A DNA stretch of 11,262 nt. Source: Gemmatimonadota bacterium. Lineage in GTDB: Bacteria; Gemmatimonadota; Gemmatimonadetes; Gemmatimonadales; GWC2-71-9. Location of the stretch: the NCBI GenBank assembly GCA_020351775.1, contig CP070666.1, positions 655,507 through 666,768 on the forward strand, given 5' to 3'. The translations under genes and the position numbers were made by a program. The notes under the pieces are model-generated. The model saw only the letters and a program-made list of their open reading frames with translations, made no database searches and was not told the DNA's origin. Each line of letters starts with the position of its first letter. Position 1 is the first letter of the stretch. This document shows, in pieces, positions 1-7,579 of the stretch.

Positions 1-333
1 GAAGTGGCCCACCGCGTTGATCAGCATGAGCGTCGCGATCGCGACGACCAGAGTCCGCGTCCACTGCGCTCGCCGGAACACGAAGGGTGAGAGCGCCAGG
101 CCGAGCAACACGGCAAGCGTGAGCCCAGCCATCCAGGTCTCGAACCTGAACGTGGGCATGGGGAGGAAAGGCAACTGCTGCCTGATCTGGAGCACGGCCG
201 GGTTGTAGACATCGAGGAACCCGTTCGCCGCCTCGTCAGCCACATGCAGTGCGACTGCCAGGCATAGACTCACCCATGCAATGCCTGGCAGGCGAATCTG
301 CGAGCCAAACCCTTCGTCCATCGCTCCGCTCAC
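1..333 (-). CDS. integral membrane protein, N-terminal part only; the gene continues beyond the window start. Possibly an HXXEE-type membrane domain.
   Basis: The minus-strand frame is open with no stop across all 111 codons from 333 to 1. It is absent from the ORF track because it has no in-window stop. GTG at 333-331 overlaps the TGA stop of the SPFH gene (GTGA coupling), and the alternative ATG is at 321. The translation is VSGAMDEGFGSQIRLPGIAWVSLCLAVALHVADEAANGFLDVYNPAVLQIRQQLPFLPMPTFRFETWMAGLTLAVLLGLALSPFVFRRAQWTRTLVVAIATLMLINAVGHF, with 2-3 hydrophobic helices and an H-x-x-D-E motif. GC3 is high. The family assignment is tentative. Confidence 0.5.
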   Translation of the reverse strand, partial: MSGAMDEGFGSQIRLPGIAWVSLCLAVALHVADEAANGFLDVYNPAVLQIRQQLPFLPMPTFRFETWMAGLTLAVLLGLALSPFVFRRAQWTRTLVVAIATLMLINAVGHF

Positions 334-1475
334 GAGACCGTATCGGCCTGGGTCTCGAGGCCACCGTCACTCGCGCCACCGGCCTGCGGCGTCTGGCCCA
401 GGTCTCCTCGGCCGAAGGAGGTCAGTCCTCCGAGCGCGCCAAGGCCCATGGTCTCCACCGCCGTCGACGGCACGATGATCATGGAACCCTTCTGCCGCAG
501 GCCTTCGAACACCATGTTCATCGCCCGGAGATGCAGGGCCACCGCGTTGCCGCGGTAGTGCTCGGACGCCTTGGCAAACTTCTCGGCGATCTCGGTTTCG
601 GCTGTCCCGAGTATGATGCGGCTCTGGCGCTCTCGCTCGGCCTGAGCCTGGCGCGACATGGCGTCTTCCAAATTCTTCGGAATGATGATGTCGCGGATCT
701 CGACAGCCTGAGTCGTCACGCCCCAGGCACTGGTCTTCTCGTCGAGCAACTTCTGGATCTCGTGTCCTAGCCTGTCACGCTCCGAGAGCAGCACCGCGAG
801 GTCGTTCTTACCGATGGCATTCCGCAGAGCCGTCTGGGCCGACAGGACCACGGCGTCGTCGAAGTGTTCCACCTCGAGTACCGCCTTCTGAGCATCCCAC
901 ACCATCCAGAACGCGATGGCGTCTACGTTGACGGGCACGGTGTCGGCCGTGAGCGTCGTCTCCGCGGTGAAGTCGGTCACCCGGATCCGCTGATCGACGA
1001 ACTGGGCGACCTTGTCGATCACCGGCACGACCAAGAACAACCCGGATTTCTTGAGACAGCGGAACTTGCCGAACCGCAGCAGGACGGCGCGCTCCCACTG
1101 GTATGCGATCTGAATCGCTGGAGCGACAAGCACGGCGACGATGGTGGTGCCGATCAGGATCTCGCTTTCCGGCCGTAGCTCGAGGTAGGCGGCCAGGCTG
1201 TTCGCAGTAGCCAGAATCACGACCGCCTCCCACACCTGAGTGAGTCGCAACAACACCGAGAGCACGACGGCGGAACCCAGCGAGAGCAGCACGGCGTGCA
1301 GCGAGAATGGGTACAAGCTCAGGTGTACTACTAGTCCGGCCACGAACAGGCCCACCAATAGCAGGACGTTGAGTGGCGCGAACCGAAAATCGGCGCGGCT
1401 AGATGTGGCAAACCTCTCGAGGGATATGAGAGGTAATCCCCGTCTCGTGCCGGCGCCCCTGTACTTCGGACTCAT
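330..1475 (-). CDS. SPFH / band-7 (stomatin/prohibitin-like) family membrane protein with an extended multi-helix N-terminal membrane region
   Basis: The ORF is 381 aa. The N-terminal ~120 aa contains about 4 hydrophobic helices (LNVLLLVGLFVAGLVVHL, LHAVLLSLGSAVVLSVLL, ILIGTTIVAVLVAPAIQIA). The core begins YQWERAVLLRFGKF...LFLVVPVIDKV...VTDFTAETTLTADTVPVNVDAIAFW...ALRNAIGK..LLSERDRLGHEIQKLLDE...WGV...VEIRDI. This is the diagnostic SPFH core followed by an Ala/Glu/Arg-rich coiled-coil tail (RQAQAERERQSRIILGTAETEIAEKFAKA). A strong AAGGAGGAG SD lies 7 nt upstream of the ATG, and ATGA overlaps the upstream GntR stop. Confidence 0.85.
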   Translation of the reverse strand: MSPKYRGAGTRRGLPLISLERFATSSRADFRFAPLNVLLLVGLFVAGLVVHLSLYPFSLHAVLLSLGSAVVLSVLLRLTQVWEAVVILATANSLAAYLELRPESEILIGTTIVAVLVAPAIQIAYQWERAVLLRFGKFRCLKKSGLFLVVPVIDKVAQFVDQRIRVTDFTAETTLTADTVPVNVDAIAFWMVWDAQKAVLEVEHFDDAVVLSAQTALRNAIGKNDLAVLLSERDRLGHEIQKLLDEKTSAWGVTTQAVEIRDIIIPKNLEDAMSRQAQAERERQSRIILGTAETEIAEKFAKASEHYRGNAVALHLRAMNMVFEGLRQKGSMIIVPSTAVETMGLGALGGLTSFGRGDLGQTPQAGGASDGGLETQADTVS

Positions 1476-1849
1476 GACGACTCCTCCTTTCGCTGGCGCA
1501 GTCCCTCGAGCACCTCATCGAGGGTGAAGCCGTAGCCCGACGCGCGGGCCAGGAGTTCGGTAAGGATCTGATCTAGCATGCGCTGCCGTTCGATAGCATC
1601 GATCTGCGGTCTCGTCTCACTGACGAAGGTCCCGGAGCCCTGCTGCGTCTCTAGCAGACTCTCGATCTCCAACTCACGATAGGCTCGGATGACGGTGTTG
1701 GGGTTGATGGAGAGGTCTACGGCGAGCTGCCGGACTGTTGGCAGCCGGTCACCCGGCTTCAGATCGCCGCTGGCCATCGCGAACTTCACCTGCTCGATGA
1801 TCTGGCGATAGAATGGGACACCGCTCTTGGTATCGATCTGTAACGCCAA
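1472..1849 (-). CDS. GntR-family transcriptional regulator, short YtrA-like subfamily (winged HTH plus short C-terminal helix)
   Basis: The protein is 125 aa: (M)ALQIDTKSGVPFYRQIIEQVKFAMASGDLKPGDRLPTVRQLAVDLSINPNTVIRAYRELEIESLLETQQGSGTFV. This is the canonical GntR N-terminal HTH. The TTG start at 1849 has an AGGGGA SD 8 nt upstream. Its stop overlaps the SPFH ATG (ATGA). Confidence 0.85.
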   Translation of the reverse strand: MALQIDTKSGVPFYRQIIEQVKFAMASGDLKPGDRLPTVRQLAVDLSINPNTVIRAYRELEIESLLETQQGSGTFVSETRPQIDAIERQRMLDQILTELLARASGYGFTLDEVLEGLRQRKEESS

Positions 1850-1866
1850 GGTGAAAATCCCCTAAA

Positions 1867-1890
1867 TAGCTAGATGACTAGTGTTCTAGT
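1867..1890. promoter_or_regulatory. candidate operator: CTAG-rich palindromes between the -10 and the RBS of the GntR gene
   Basis: A TAGCTA palindrome lies at 1867-1872. A perfect inverted repeat ACTAG-tgtt-CTAGT lies at 1877-1890, immediately downstream of the predicted -10 and likely TSS. This is the typical position of an autoregulatory operator. Four CTAG tetramers occur in 25 nt, although CTAG is normally rare in GC-rich genomes. Confidence 0.35.
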
Positions 1891-1893
1891 GCA

Positions 1894-1922
1894 ATAGTAC
1901 AATCCTGCTGTGGGGATGTCAA
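1894..1922 (-). promoter_or_regulatory. sigma70-type promoter for the GntR-SPFH operon
   Basis: The minus strand reads TTGACA (1922-1917), a 17-nt spacer, then TACTAT (1899-1894). This is a perfect -35 and a 5/6 -10, sitting ~45 nt upstream of the GntR TTG start in an unusually AT-rich patch of a GC-rich sequence. Confidence 0.5.
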
Positions 1923-2133
1923 CCCTAACGATCGTTCCAATCCGCTACACTGGGCGGGATGCCTGCGCCCTGGCGTGCTCCCGGCAGCGCACGTCGGTGC
2001 CCTCCCGACTGGAGGGATGGTCCTATGCGCTCGCACCGCAGCGCGCGAAGGGGGGGCATGCCAGTGCGCACCTGCGCACCGAAACCAAGCTAGCGTCCTC
2101 CCGGAGACTCGTCCGGCCACCCACCGCAGCGTC

Positions 2134-2769
2134 CTAACCGCCCTCCGCCTGCCGCTTGCGACGGTCGTAGTACCGCCGGGCCTTGGCCCGGTTGCCGCAT
2201 ACGCCCATCTCACACCACTTCCTATTGTGTTTGCGGCTCGTATCCAGGAAGAGCCAGCCGCAGCGGCCATTGGCGCATGTCTTCACGTCGGCCAGCTGGG
2301 GGCTGGTCAGCAACTGGCTGGCCGCTCTTACCACCGGCCAGATCATGCAAGCTGCATCGTCTTCACAGGACGACCAGACCCACTCACAGGAGCGTCCACT
2401 CGCCTCACATGCGAGCTGCCCCGGTGCCTCGTACAGCAGGGCATTGATCGCGGGCAGCTCGGCGCCTAGATCGGGGGTGCCGGTGATAGTTCCGAGGAAG
2501 ACCCTGTGCATGGTGGTCCTGGCTGACCACGCCTTTTCGAGGATGCGCCGTCCCAGTGCCGGTTGCTCGCCCCAGGTCCTCAGGAGTGCGTCCCGGTCGC
2601 GCTCGGACAAGACACCCGCTTCGTGTCCCCATGCCACCAGCCGCCCGTAGTCGGTGAGGTACTCCCCGGCACCCGGCTCCAGCCCTTTCCAGTCCACCGT
2701 GTTGTTGAAGTCGAGCGACAGATGCCCGCCGACCCACTTGAATGGCTTGGGCTCCTCGGCGCCTGCCAT
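2134..2769 (-). CDS. CGNR zinc-finger protein with N-terminal ABATE domain (putative stress-induced transcription regulator family)
   Basis: The protein is 211 aa. The N-terminus FKWVGGHLSLDFNNTVDW is ABATE-like. The C-terminus CANGRCGWLFLDTSRKHNRKWCEMGVCGNRAKARRYY contains the eponymous CGNR Cys4 zinc-finger motif. Confidence 0.85.
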   Translation of the reverse strand: MAGAEEPKPFKWVGGHLSLDFNNTVDWKGLEPGAGEYLTDYGRLVAWGHEAGVLSERDRDALLRTWGEQPALGRRILEKAWSARTTMHRVFLGTITGTPDLGAELPAINALLYEAPGQLACEASGRSCEWVWSSCEDDAACMIWPVVRAASQLLTSPQLADVKTCANGRCGWLFLDTSRKHNRKWCEMGVCGNRAKARRYYDRRKRQAEGG

Positions 2770-2820
2770 GACGTTGCCCTCTGGAAGGTTGGTTCCGGCA
2801 ATCTAACCGATATACGCTCC

Positions 2821-2849
2821 TTGACAAGTTATGTCATGTCTGCTAGCCT
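2821..2849 (+). promoter_or_regulatory. putative promoter (TTGACA-17-TAGCCT) for the DinB-like gene with an embedded inverted repeat TGACA-N5-TGTCA
   Basis: TTGACA lies at 2821-2826, followed by a 17-nt spacer and TAGCCT at 2844-2849. The 5-bp inverted repeat TGACA (2822-2826) / TGTCA (2832-2836) overlaps the -35 and spacer. The region is the divergent intergenic space between the CGNR regulator gene and the DinB-like gene. Confidence 0.35.
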
Positions 2850-2915
2850 AACCTACAAGATGGAAGACACAGGTTACGGCATGCACTCGGTTCCGACCCG
2901 CGTCGCGGAGGTTAA

Positions 2916-3395
2916 ATGCAGGAGAATGAACGAATTGCAGACGAGCTGGACCGCATGAACCACGGCGGTGCGTGGCATGGGCCGGCCATTGAGGAGACGC
3001 TGGACGGCGTGTCGGCGTCGGACGCTGCCGCGCGGCCGATACCCGGTGCGCACTCCATCTGGGAGATCGTGTTGCATATGACCGCTTGGGCTGAGGAGGT
3101 CGGTCGCAGATTGTCGCACAACGCGCGGCCGCTGCACGGCGAGGCTGACTGGCCTACGCCCGTGGAATCGGCCGTGCCGGAGTGGGAGAGCGCCAGGTCG
3201 CGGCTGGCGGTGGCGCACCAGCGTCTGCGTCAAGCGATACGCGAGTTTCCCCCGTCCCGGCTACAGGAGTCCGTGACCGGAAACGGCAACGACGCGCCAC
3301 CCGCCTCGTTCTATGTCATGCTCCACGGGCTGGCCCAGCACGACGCGTATCACACCGGTCAGATCGCGATTCTCAAACGGGCGCTGCAGGCATGA
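2916..3395 (+). CDS. DinB/YfiT-like (DinB_2 superfamily) metal-dependent four-helix-bundle protein
   Basis: The protein is 159 aa. A GGAGG SD sits 4 nt upstream. The conserved His triad context (NHGGAWHGPA, IWEIVLHMTAWAEE, HGLAQHDAYHTGQIAILKR) is typical of the DinB/YfiT family. Confidence 0.85.
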   Translation: MQENERIADELDRMNHGGAWHGPAIEETLDGVSASDAAARPIPGAHSIWEIVLHMTAWAEEVGRRLSHNARPLHGEADWPTPVESAVPEWESARSRLAVAHQRLRQAIREFPPSRLQESVTGNGNDAPPASFYVMLHGLAQHDAYHTGQIAILKRALQA

Positions 3396-3404
3396 TCAGA
3401 GCCT

Positions 3405-5687
3405 TCACCGCGCGAAGGTGTACGTGTATTTGAGGATAAGCGCTCTGGAGTCGCTCAACGGGAGCGGCGGGTTGGTGCGGTGGCGCTCGAGGTTCAGGCC
3501 CTCATTGTAGACCAGCCACAGGTCGCTTCCCTCTCTGAAATTGTAGCGGATACGCACGTTAGCCGCGGCGTAGTCGGCGGTATTGCTGAGCTGCACGAAG
3601 GCGTTGAGCGACAGCTTGGTGTTCAGGGCAGCCTCGATCCTCAGACGCACGAGGTGGGAGTCGAACCCCTGATCGCGATCGGGAAAGCGCACCAGGTTGA
3701 ACTGATAGGCTGCGCTCAGCCCGAGATAGCGCGACGGGTTCCACCGCGGGTACAGCCCTATATTGGCCAGCCAACCGTCATAGAACTTCTGGACTCCCCA
3801 GCCGAAGCTGCTGCGGAACAGGGAGCCGGGTGCCATGTTATAGTCGCCCTCGAACCGGGGGAACGTGTAGCTCCCAGCCGGCACCTCGGCCCCATCGGGA
3901 AACGAGAGCGGCTCTCTGAGATCTTCGTAGTACAGCTCCAGATCCAGCCCGAGGCTAGCCCCCGTGTTCCACTGCAGGTCGAAGTCGTGCTCGACGAAGG
4001 CGGATTCGACGGTGCGATCGCTATTGCGCAGCGCCACCGAGCCAAACAGCTGGAACGGATCGATGCGGCGAAACGGTCCGTCGCCTTCGGGATAGTGGAA
4101 GTACGAGATTGAGTAGAACAGATCCGTGAAGTTCTGCCGCGTGACGAATCCCATCTCGGGTCTGTAGTCCGCGCCGGAGTAGCGGCCGCTGAACGAGTAG
4201 GTGAAGCCGCGTTGACGCGCGCGGCTGGCGGTGACGCGTAGCAAGGCCGCCTGGGTGAACCGGAAGCCGCTGTCGGCTATTGCACTGTCATCGAACGTCT
4301 GCGCCCACTGCACCGTGAAGTAATCGTCGCCGGAGTAGCGGACCGAGGCATCGAGACCATAGGCCAAGTTGTAGCTGCCGTCATCACCCAGCCGGGAAGT
4401 CAACATGGCACCGGCGTTCGAGTACTGGTTGATCACCCGCCGTCGCAGTCGAGCTACCCCGAAATTCTCCGACGGAAGCCTGTCAGTTCGCGTCGTCTGC
4501 ATGTCCAGGACGCCAACGTCCCAGTCGCCCATCCGTCCGACGAACCTCGCTCCCCCGATGATGCGCACTGGTTCACCCTCGTCCAATCCGATGCGGCGGC
4601 TGTGGAACAGTCGCGTAGCCCCGCCGGTCAGGAAGTAGAACGTCGACGAGCGTTCCTGAAAGAACTGGCGTTTCTCGGGATAGAACAAAGGAAACCGGGT
4701 GAGGTTCACCTGGTAGTCGTCGGCCTCGACCTGTGCGAAATCGGTGTTCACGGTTAGATCGAGGGTCGTGTTGTTGGTGACGTTGTACTTGAGGTCTCCG
4801 CCGATTTCGTAGTCGACTTCCGAATGCGAGTCGAATTGGTCTCCTGCATCGCTCAGCTGGTGGGTCCTGTCGACCCCGCTCAGCAGGTAGGGGGTGATGT
4901 ACACGGGCCGATGTGTTTGGACACCTTCCAGCACGGCGTCTCTCGCGAGTGACGGCCGCAGCATGGTGAACTCCGGAGGGATGGCCGGGAATAGCTGCCA
5001 CTCGTTCTTGCGCGCGATGTAGCGATAAGCGATCACCCCCATCTCCACACGTCCCCCGGTGGCCTGAAAGCCGAGGCTGGAGAACGGGATGCGCATCTCG
5101 GCAAACCAGCCCTCGTCGGTCTGTGCAGCGGCCACATCCCAGTAGGTGTTCCACGACCCGTTCATCGGCCCATAGCCGTCTCCGCTGACCGTGGCATCAC
5201 CCCGCACTCCCGCAGGAGTGGTCCAGAACCACAAGCCGTTGTCGTTGTCGTCGAACGCGTCGATCATGATCCCGAAGTTGTCGTCGTTGCTCCACCGGTC
5301 GCGGTACATCGAGCTGACGCGGATTCCGGAAGGGTCGGTGTCGAAGAACCGGCCGGACACATAGAGATAGTCGTCGTCGTGGCCGATGCGGATCTCGCTG
5401 CGCTCGGTCAAAGGCGCTCGGAAGGTGGGGATGTGCATCGTGAGCGGCAGCGGCGAGATCCGCTGCCAGGCTAGCTCGTTGCTCACGCCGTCCAACCGGA
5501 TGACACCGTCGATCCGCGGCAGGACCATCCGGCCGTCGTCGAGCGCGTATCCCGGAACGTTCATCGGGTCAGTGGCCTGGCCTCGTACCGGCGCGAGGGG
5601 CGCTGTCTCCAGCCCTGCTACCAGAACCGCCACGACGTGGAGGGTCGCAGAAAAGAATTTTTCATTTATAGGCAAAGTCACTCGCAT
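3405..5687 (-). CDS. large secreted outer-membrane-type protein: N-terminal CBM9-like/DOMON-like domain plus C-terminal DUF5916-like beta-rich domain
   Basis: The protein is 760 aa. A GGAGAGG SD lies upstream. The N-terminal signal-peptide-like region is MRVTLPINEKFFSATLHVVAVLVAGLETAPLAP. The CBM9-like signature is LDGVSNELAWQRISPL..F..P..ERSEIRIGHDDDYLYVSGRFFDTDPSGIRVS...DDNFGIMIDAFDDNDNG...WNTYWDVAAAQTDEGWFAEMRIPFSSLGF. The C-terminal ~500 aa is rich in alternating aromatic/Gly/Asp beta-strand patterns (YTYTF terminal strand), consistent with a beta-barrel. Confidence 0.7.
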   Translation of the reverse strand: MRVTLPINEKFFSATLHVVAVLVAGLETAPLAPVRGQATDPMNVPGYALDDGRMVLPRIDGVIRLDGVSNELAWQRISPLPLTMHIPTFRAPLTERSEIRIGHDDDYLYVSGRFFDTDPSGIRVSSMYRDRWSNDDNFGIMIDAFDDNDNGLWFWTTPAGVRGDATVSGDGYGPMNGSWNTYWDVAAAQTDEGWFAEMRIPFSSLGFQATGGRVEMGVIAYRYIARKNEWQLFPAIPPEFTMLRPSLARDAVLEGVQTHRPVYITPYLLSGVDRTHQLSDAGDQFDSHSEVDYEIGGDLKYNVTNNTTLDLTVNTDFAQVEADDYQVNLTRFPLFYPEKRQFFQERSSTFYFLTGGATRLFHSRRIGLDEGEPVRIIGGARFVGRMGDWDVGVLDMQTTRTDRLPSENFGVARLRRRVINQYSNAGAMLTSRLGDDGSYNLAYGLDASVRYSGDDYFTVQWAQTFDDSAIADSGFRFTQAALLRVTASRARQRGFTYSFSGRYSGADYRPEMGFVTRQNFTDLFYSISYFHYPEGDGPFRRIDPFQLFGSVALRNSDRTVESAFVEHDFDLQWNTGASLGLDLELYYEDLREPLSFPDGAEVPAGSYTFPRFEGDYNMAPGSLFRSSFGWGVQKFYDGWLANIGLYPRWNPSRYLGLSAAYQFNLVRFPDRDQGFDSHLVRLRIEAALNTKLSLNAFVQLSNTADYAAANVRIRYNFREGSDLWLVYNEGLNLERHRTNPPLPLSDSRALILKYTYTFAR

Positions 5688-5749
5688 GCCAGCCTCTCCG
5701 TTCCTCTGGGTCGTTAGGGCAGGGAGGAGCGCCGCTTCCCGATGTCGTC

Positions 5750-7579
5750 CTAGGCTCGGGCGCGGCGCTCGCGCGACGGGTTCGTCTCGTCCAATGCCCA
5801 GATCGCCATGGCTCGAACTGCAGGGTCGGGATCCCTCAGCGCATTGAGCAGATACTCGACCGCCTGCTCATCTCCCAGCAAGCCCAACTTCCACGCGGCT
5901 TCCTGTCTCGTGTCGGCGTCGCTTGAAGTCAGGTCGTCCATCAGCCGGTCGATGTCGTGGGTCGGAGCCGAACCGCGCCAGCCGTGCCACTCGCCTGCGA
6001 AGACCTCAGTGTTCTCCCAGGCTCGGCGGTTCCAGGCCCTGAACACCTCGTCACGAGCGGACTCGGCCTCACGGCCCCCGATCTCGCCCAGCGCCCAGAT
6101 GACCGGGTCCCGCAGCGCATCGTCGCGCTCCAGGGCCTCGATCAGCGGCCGCACCGCAGAACGGTGCTCGATCTCACCCAGAGCCAGCGCCGCCATCTCA
6201 CGGACGATAGGATCGTCATCGGCCAGCACCTCGATCAGCGGGTCGATTGCCCGGTGGTCCTTGATCTCACCCAGCGCCCAGGCGGCAACCTGGCGCACGT
6301 CCGCATCGGGATCGCGTAGCGCGTTGACCAGCGGACCCACGCCTCTCGAGTCCTCGAGCTCGCCCAGTGCCCAGGCCGCGTAGCGCCTCACGCGGCTGTC
6401 CCCGTCCTGCAACTGTTCGATGCGCTCCGCGACCGAGGCAGGACCTTGCTGATCATGCCATGAGTAGGCCATCGTCGAGCTGTGCTCTGCGCCTAGCTCG
6501 ATGGCCGCGAGCGGCAGCGTGACTGCCACTGCCAGCGACCCGGTAGTGAGCATTCCCTTTCTCGAGGCCGGGCCGCGGCTCTTTCCTCGGGCCAGGATAC
6601 TGGCTACTCGCTGTGCCAGACTGGAGCGCGCTGCCATTGGGAGCGCACCGGCTGGTGTTCCGCCCGCCAGCTGTGCCCGGGCGATCTCCACAAGGTGCGT
6701 TGCATACACGTCCGACCGCATTCCCACTCGCAGGGCGTAGTCGTCGCAGGCGCGCTCTCGCTCCAGAGTGGCGCGCCGAGCCGCTACCCAGACCAGCGGG
6801 TTGGGCCAATAGAGCGAACGCACGATCTCGATCATGAGGTGAACCAGGTAGTCCCACCGAGTCACGTGTGCCAGCTCATGGAGTAACACCACCCGTCTCC
6901 GCTCGGCCGACCAATCGGCCGCCTCCTTCGGGAACAGCAGCACGGGGCGCAGCAAGCCCCATGACATCGGAGTCGTGACTTCATCACTCGACACCACACG
7001 GAGCGGGCGCTCGATCAGATTGCGCCACGAGGGGCCAGATTCGGTCGTGTACAACAGACCCTGATCGCTGGCCATCGCGCGCCGAGTCAGGCAAGCGACT
7101 TGGGCGGCACCGAGCGCCAGCCGCAGCAGCAGGGTGGCGGCCACCACAGCCCACATGACCAAAGCGGCCGCGGCCACATCCGACAGCGAGATGCTGAATC
7201 CCGGCGCAGCGGGCTCCGCCACGCGACCCGTCGACACGGCGGACCGGTTCCGTTGCTGCGAGCCTTCGATGACGCCTGGGGCCACGCGGACCGCAGCCGG
7301 CAGGTCTACTGCCACCAGCGGCGTCTCCGCGAGGGCCGTCACCTGCTGCTTGGAGGGCAGGCTCTCCACCTTCCACGAGGGCAGCGAGACAGAGAGAACC
7401 GGCAAGACCAGCAGGGCCCCCAATGCGATGCTCCATACTGCGTGCCGGCTTGCGGCCGACGAACGGTTCAGCAGCGTGGTCATCAGCCCCGCCACGGCCA
7501 AAACCACGGTGCCCTTGAGAAGTATGTCGGTGCCGAGTTGCAGAGCGAAGGGAAGCGAGAGACTAGCAAGTGTCGTCAT
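5750..7579 (-). CDS. BlaR1-like M56-family membrane metalloprotease (signal transducer) with a C-terminal HEAT-repeat domain in place of a penicillin-binding sensor
   Basis: The protein is 609 aa. There are 3 N-terminal TM helices. The M56 zinc motif VVLLHELAHVTRWDY (HEXXH) is present. A 4th TM (SLAVAVTLPLAAIELG) follows. About 8 PBS-lyase-type HEAT repeats then occur (AAWALGELEDSRGVGPLVNALRDPDADVRQVAAWALGEIKDHRAIDPLIEVLADDDPIVREMAALALGEI...AAWKLGLLGDEQAVEYLLNALRDPDPAVRAMAIWAL). The gene overlaps the blaI stop by 17 nt. Confidence 0.85.
   Translation of the reverse strand: MTTLASLSLPFALQLGTDILLKGTVVLAVAGLMTTLLNRSSAASRHAVWSIALGALLVLPVLSVSLPSWKVESLPSKQQVTALAETPLVAVDLPAAVRVAPGVIEGSQQRNRSAVSTGRVAEPAAPGFSISLSDVAAAALVMWAVVAATLLLRLALGAAQVACLTRRAMASDQGLLYTTESGPSWRNLIERPLRVVSSDEVTTPMSWGLLRPVLLFPKEAADWSAERRRVVLLHELAHVTRWDYLVHLMIEIVRSLYWPNPLVWVAARRATLERERACDDYALRVGMRSDVYATHLVEIARAQLAGGTPAGALPMAARSSLAQRVASILARGKSRGPASRKGMLTTGSLAVAVTLPLAAIELGAEHSSTMAYSWHDQQGPASVAERIEQLQDGDSRVRRYAAWALGELEDSRGVGPLVNALRDPDADVRQVAAWALGEIKDHRAIDPLIEVLADDDPIVREMAALALGEIEHRSAVRPLIEALERDDALRDPVIWALGEIGGREAESARDEVFRAWNRRAWENTEVFAGEWHGWRGSAPTHDIDRLMDDLTSSDADTRQEAAWKLGLLGDEQAVEYLLNALRDPDPAVRAMAIWALDETNPSRERRARA

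Noticed and set aside
249-1233. ORFs 249-770(+), 281-478(+), 808-1233(-) and 864-1178(+) overlapping the SPFH gene
   Set aside because: Their Arg/Gly/His/Pro-rich, low-complexity translations are typical of wrong frames in high-GC DNA. They are fully embedded in a well-supported SPFH CDS.
1878-2827. ORFs 1878-2270(-), 1910-2137(+), 1975-2469(+), 2183-2650(+), 2405-2827(-) and 2580-2801(-)
   Set aside because: They are alternate frames or the antisense strand of the CGNR gene, or span its downstream spacer. Their composition is Arg/Ser/Pro/Ala-rich and they have no recognisable motifs.
3480-5154. ORFs 3480-4112(+), 3559-3774(-), 3758-4045(-), 4405-4638(+) and 4573-5154(-) inside the 760-aa outer-membrane-protein gene
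   Set aside because: They are antisense or shifted frames of a gene with clear domain signatures. They have junk-like composition.
5700-5735. Hairpin GGGAGG-agcgccg-CTTCCC between blaR1 stop and the outer-membrane-protein gene start as a terminator
   Set aside because: It has no U-tract on the minus-strand transcript and the stem is short (4-6 bp). It is more likely incidental, consistent with read-through from blaR1 into the outer-membrane-protein gene.
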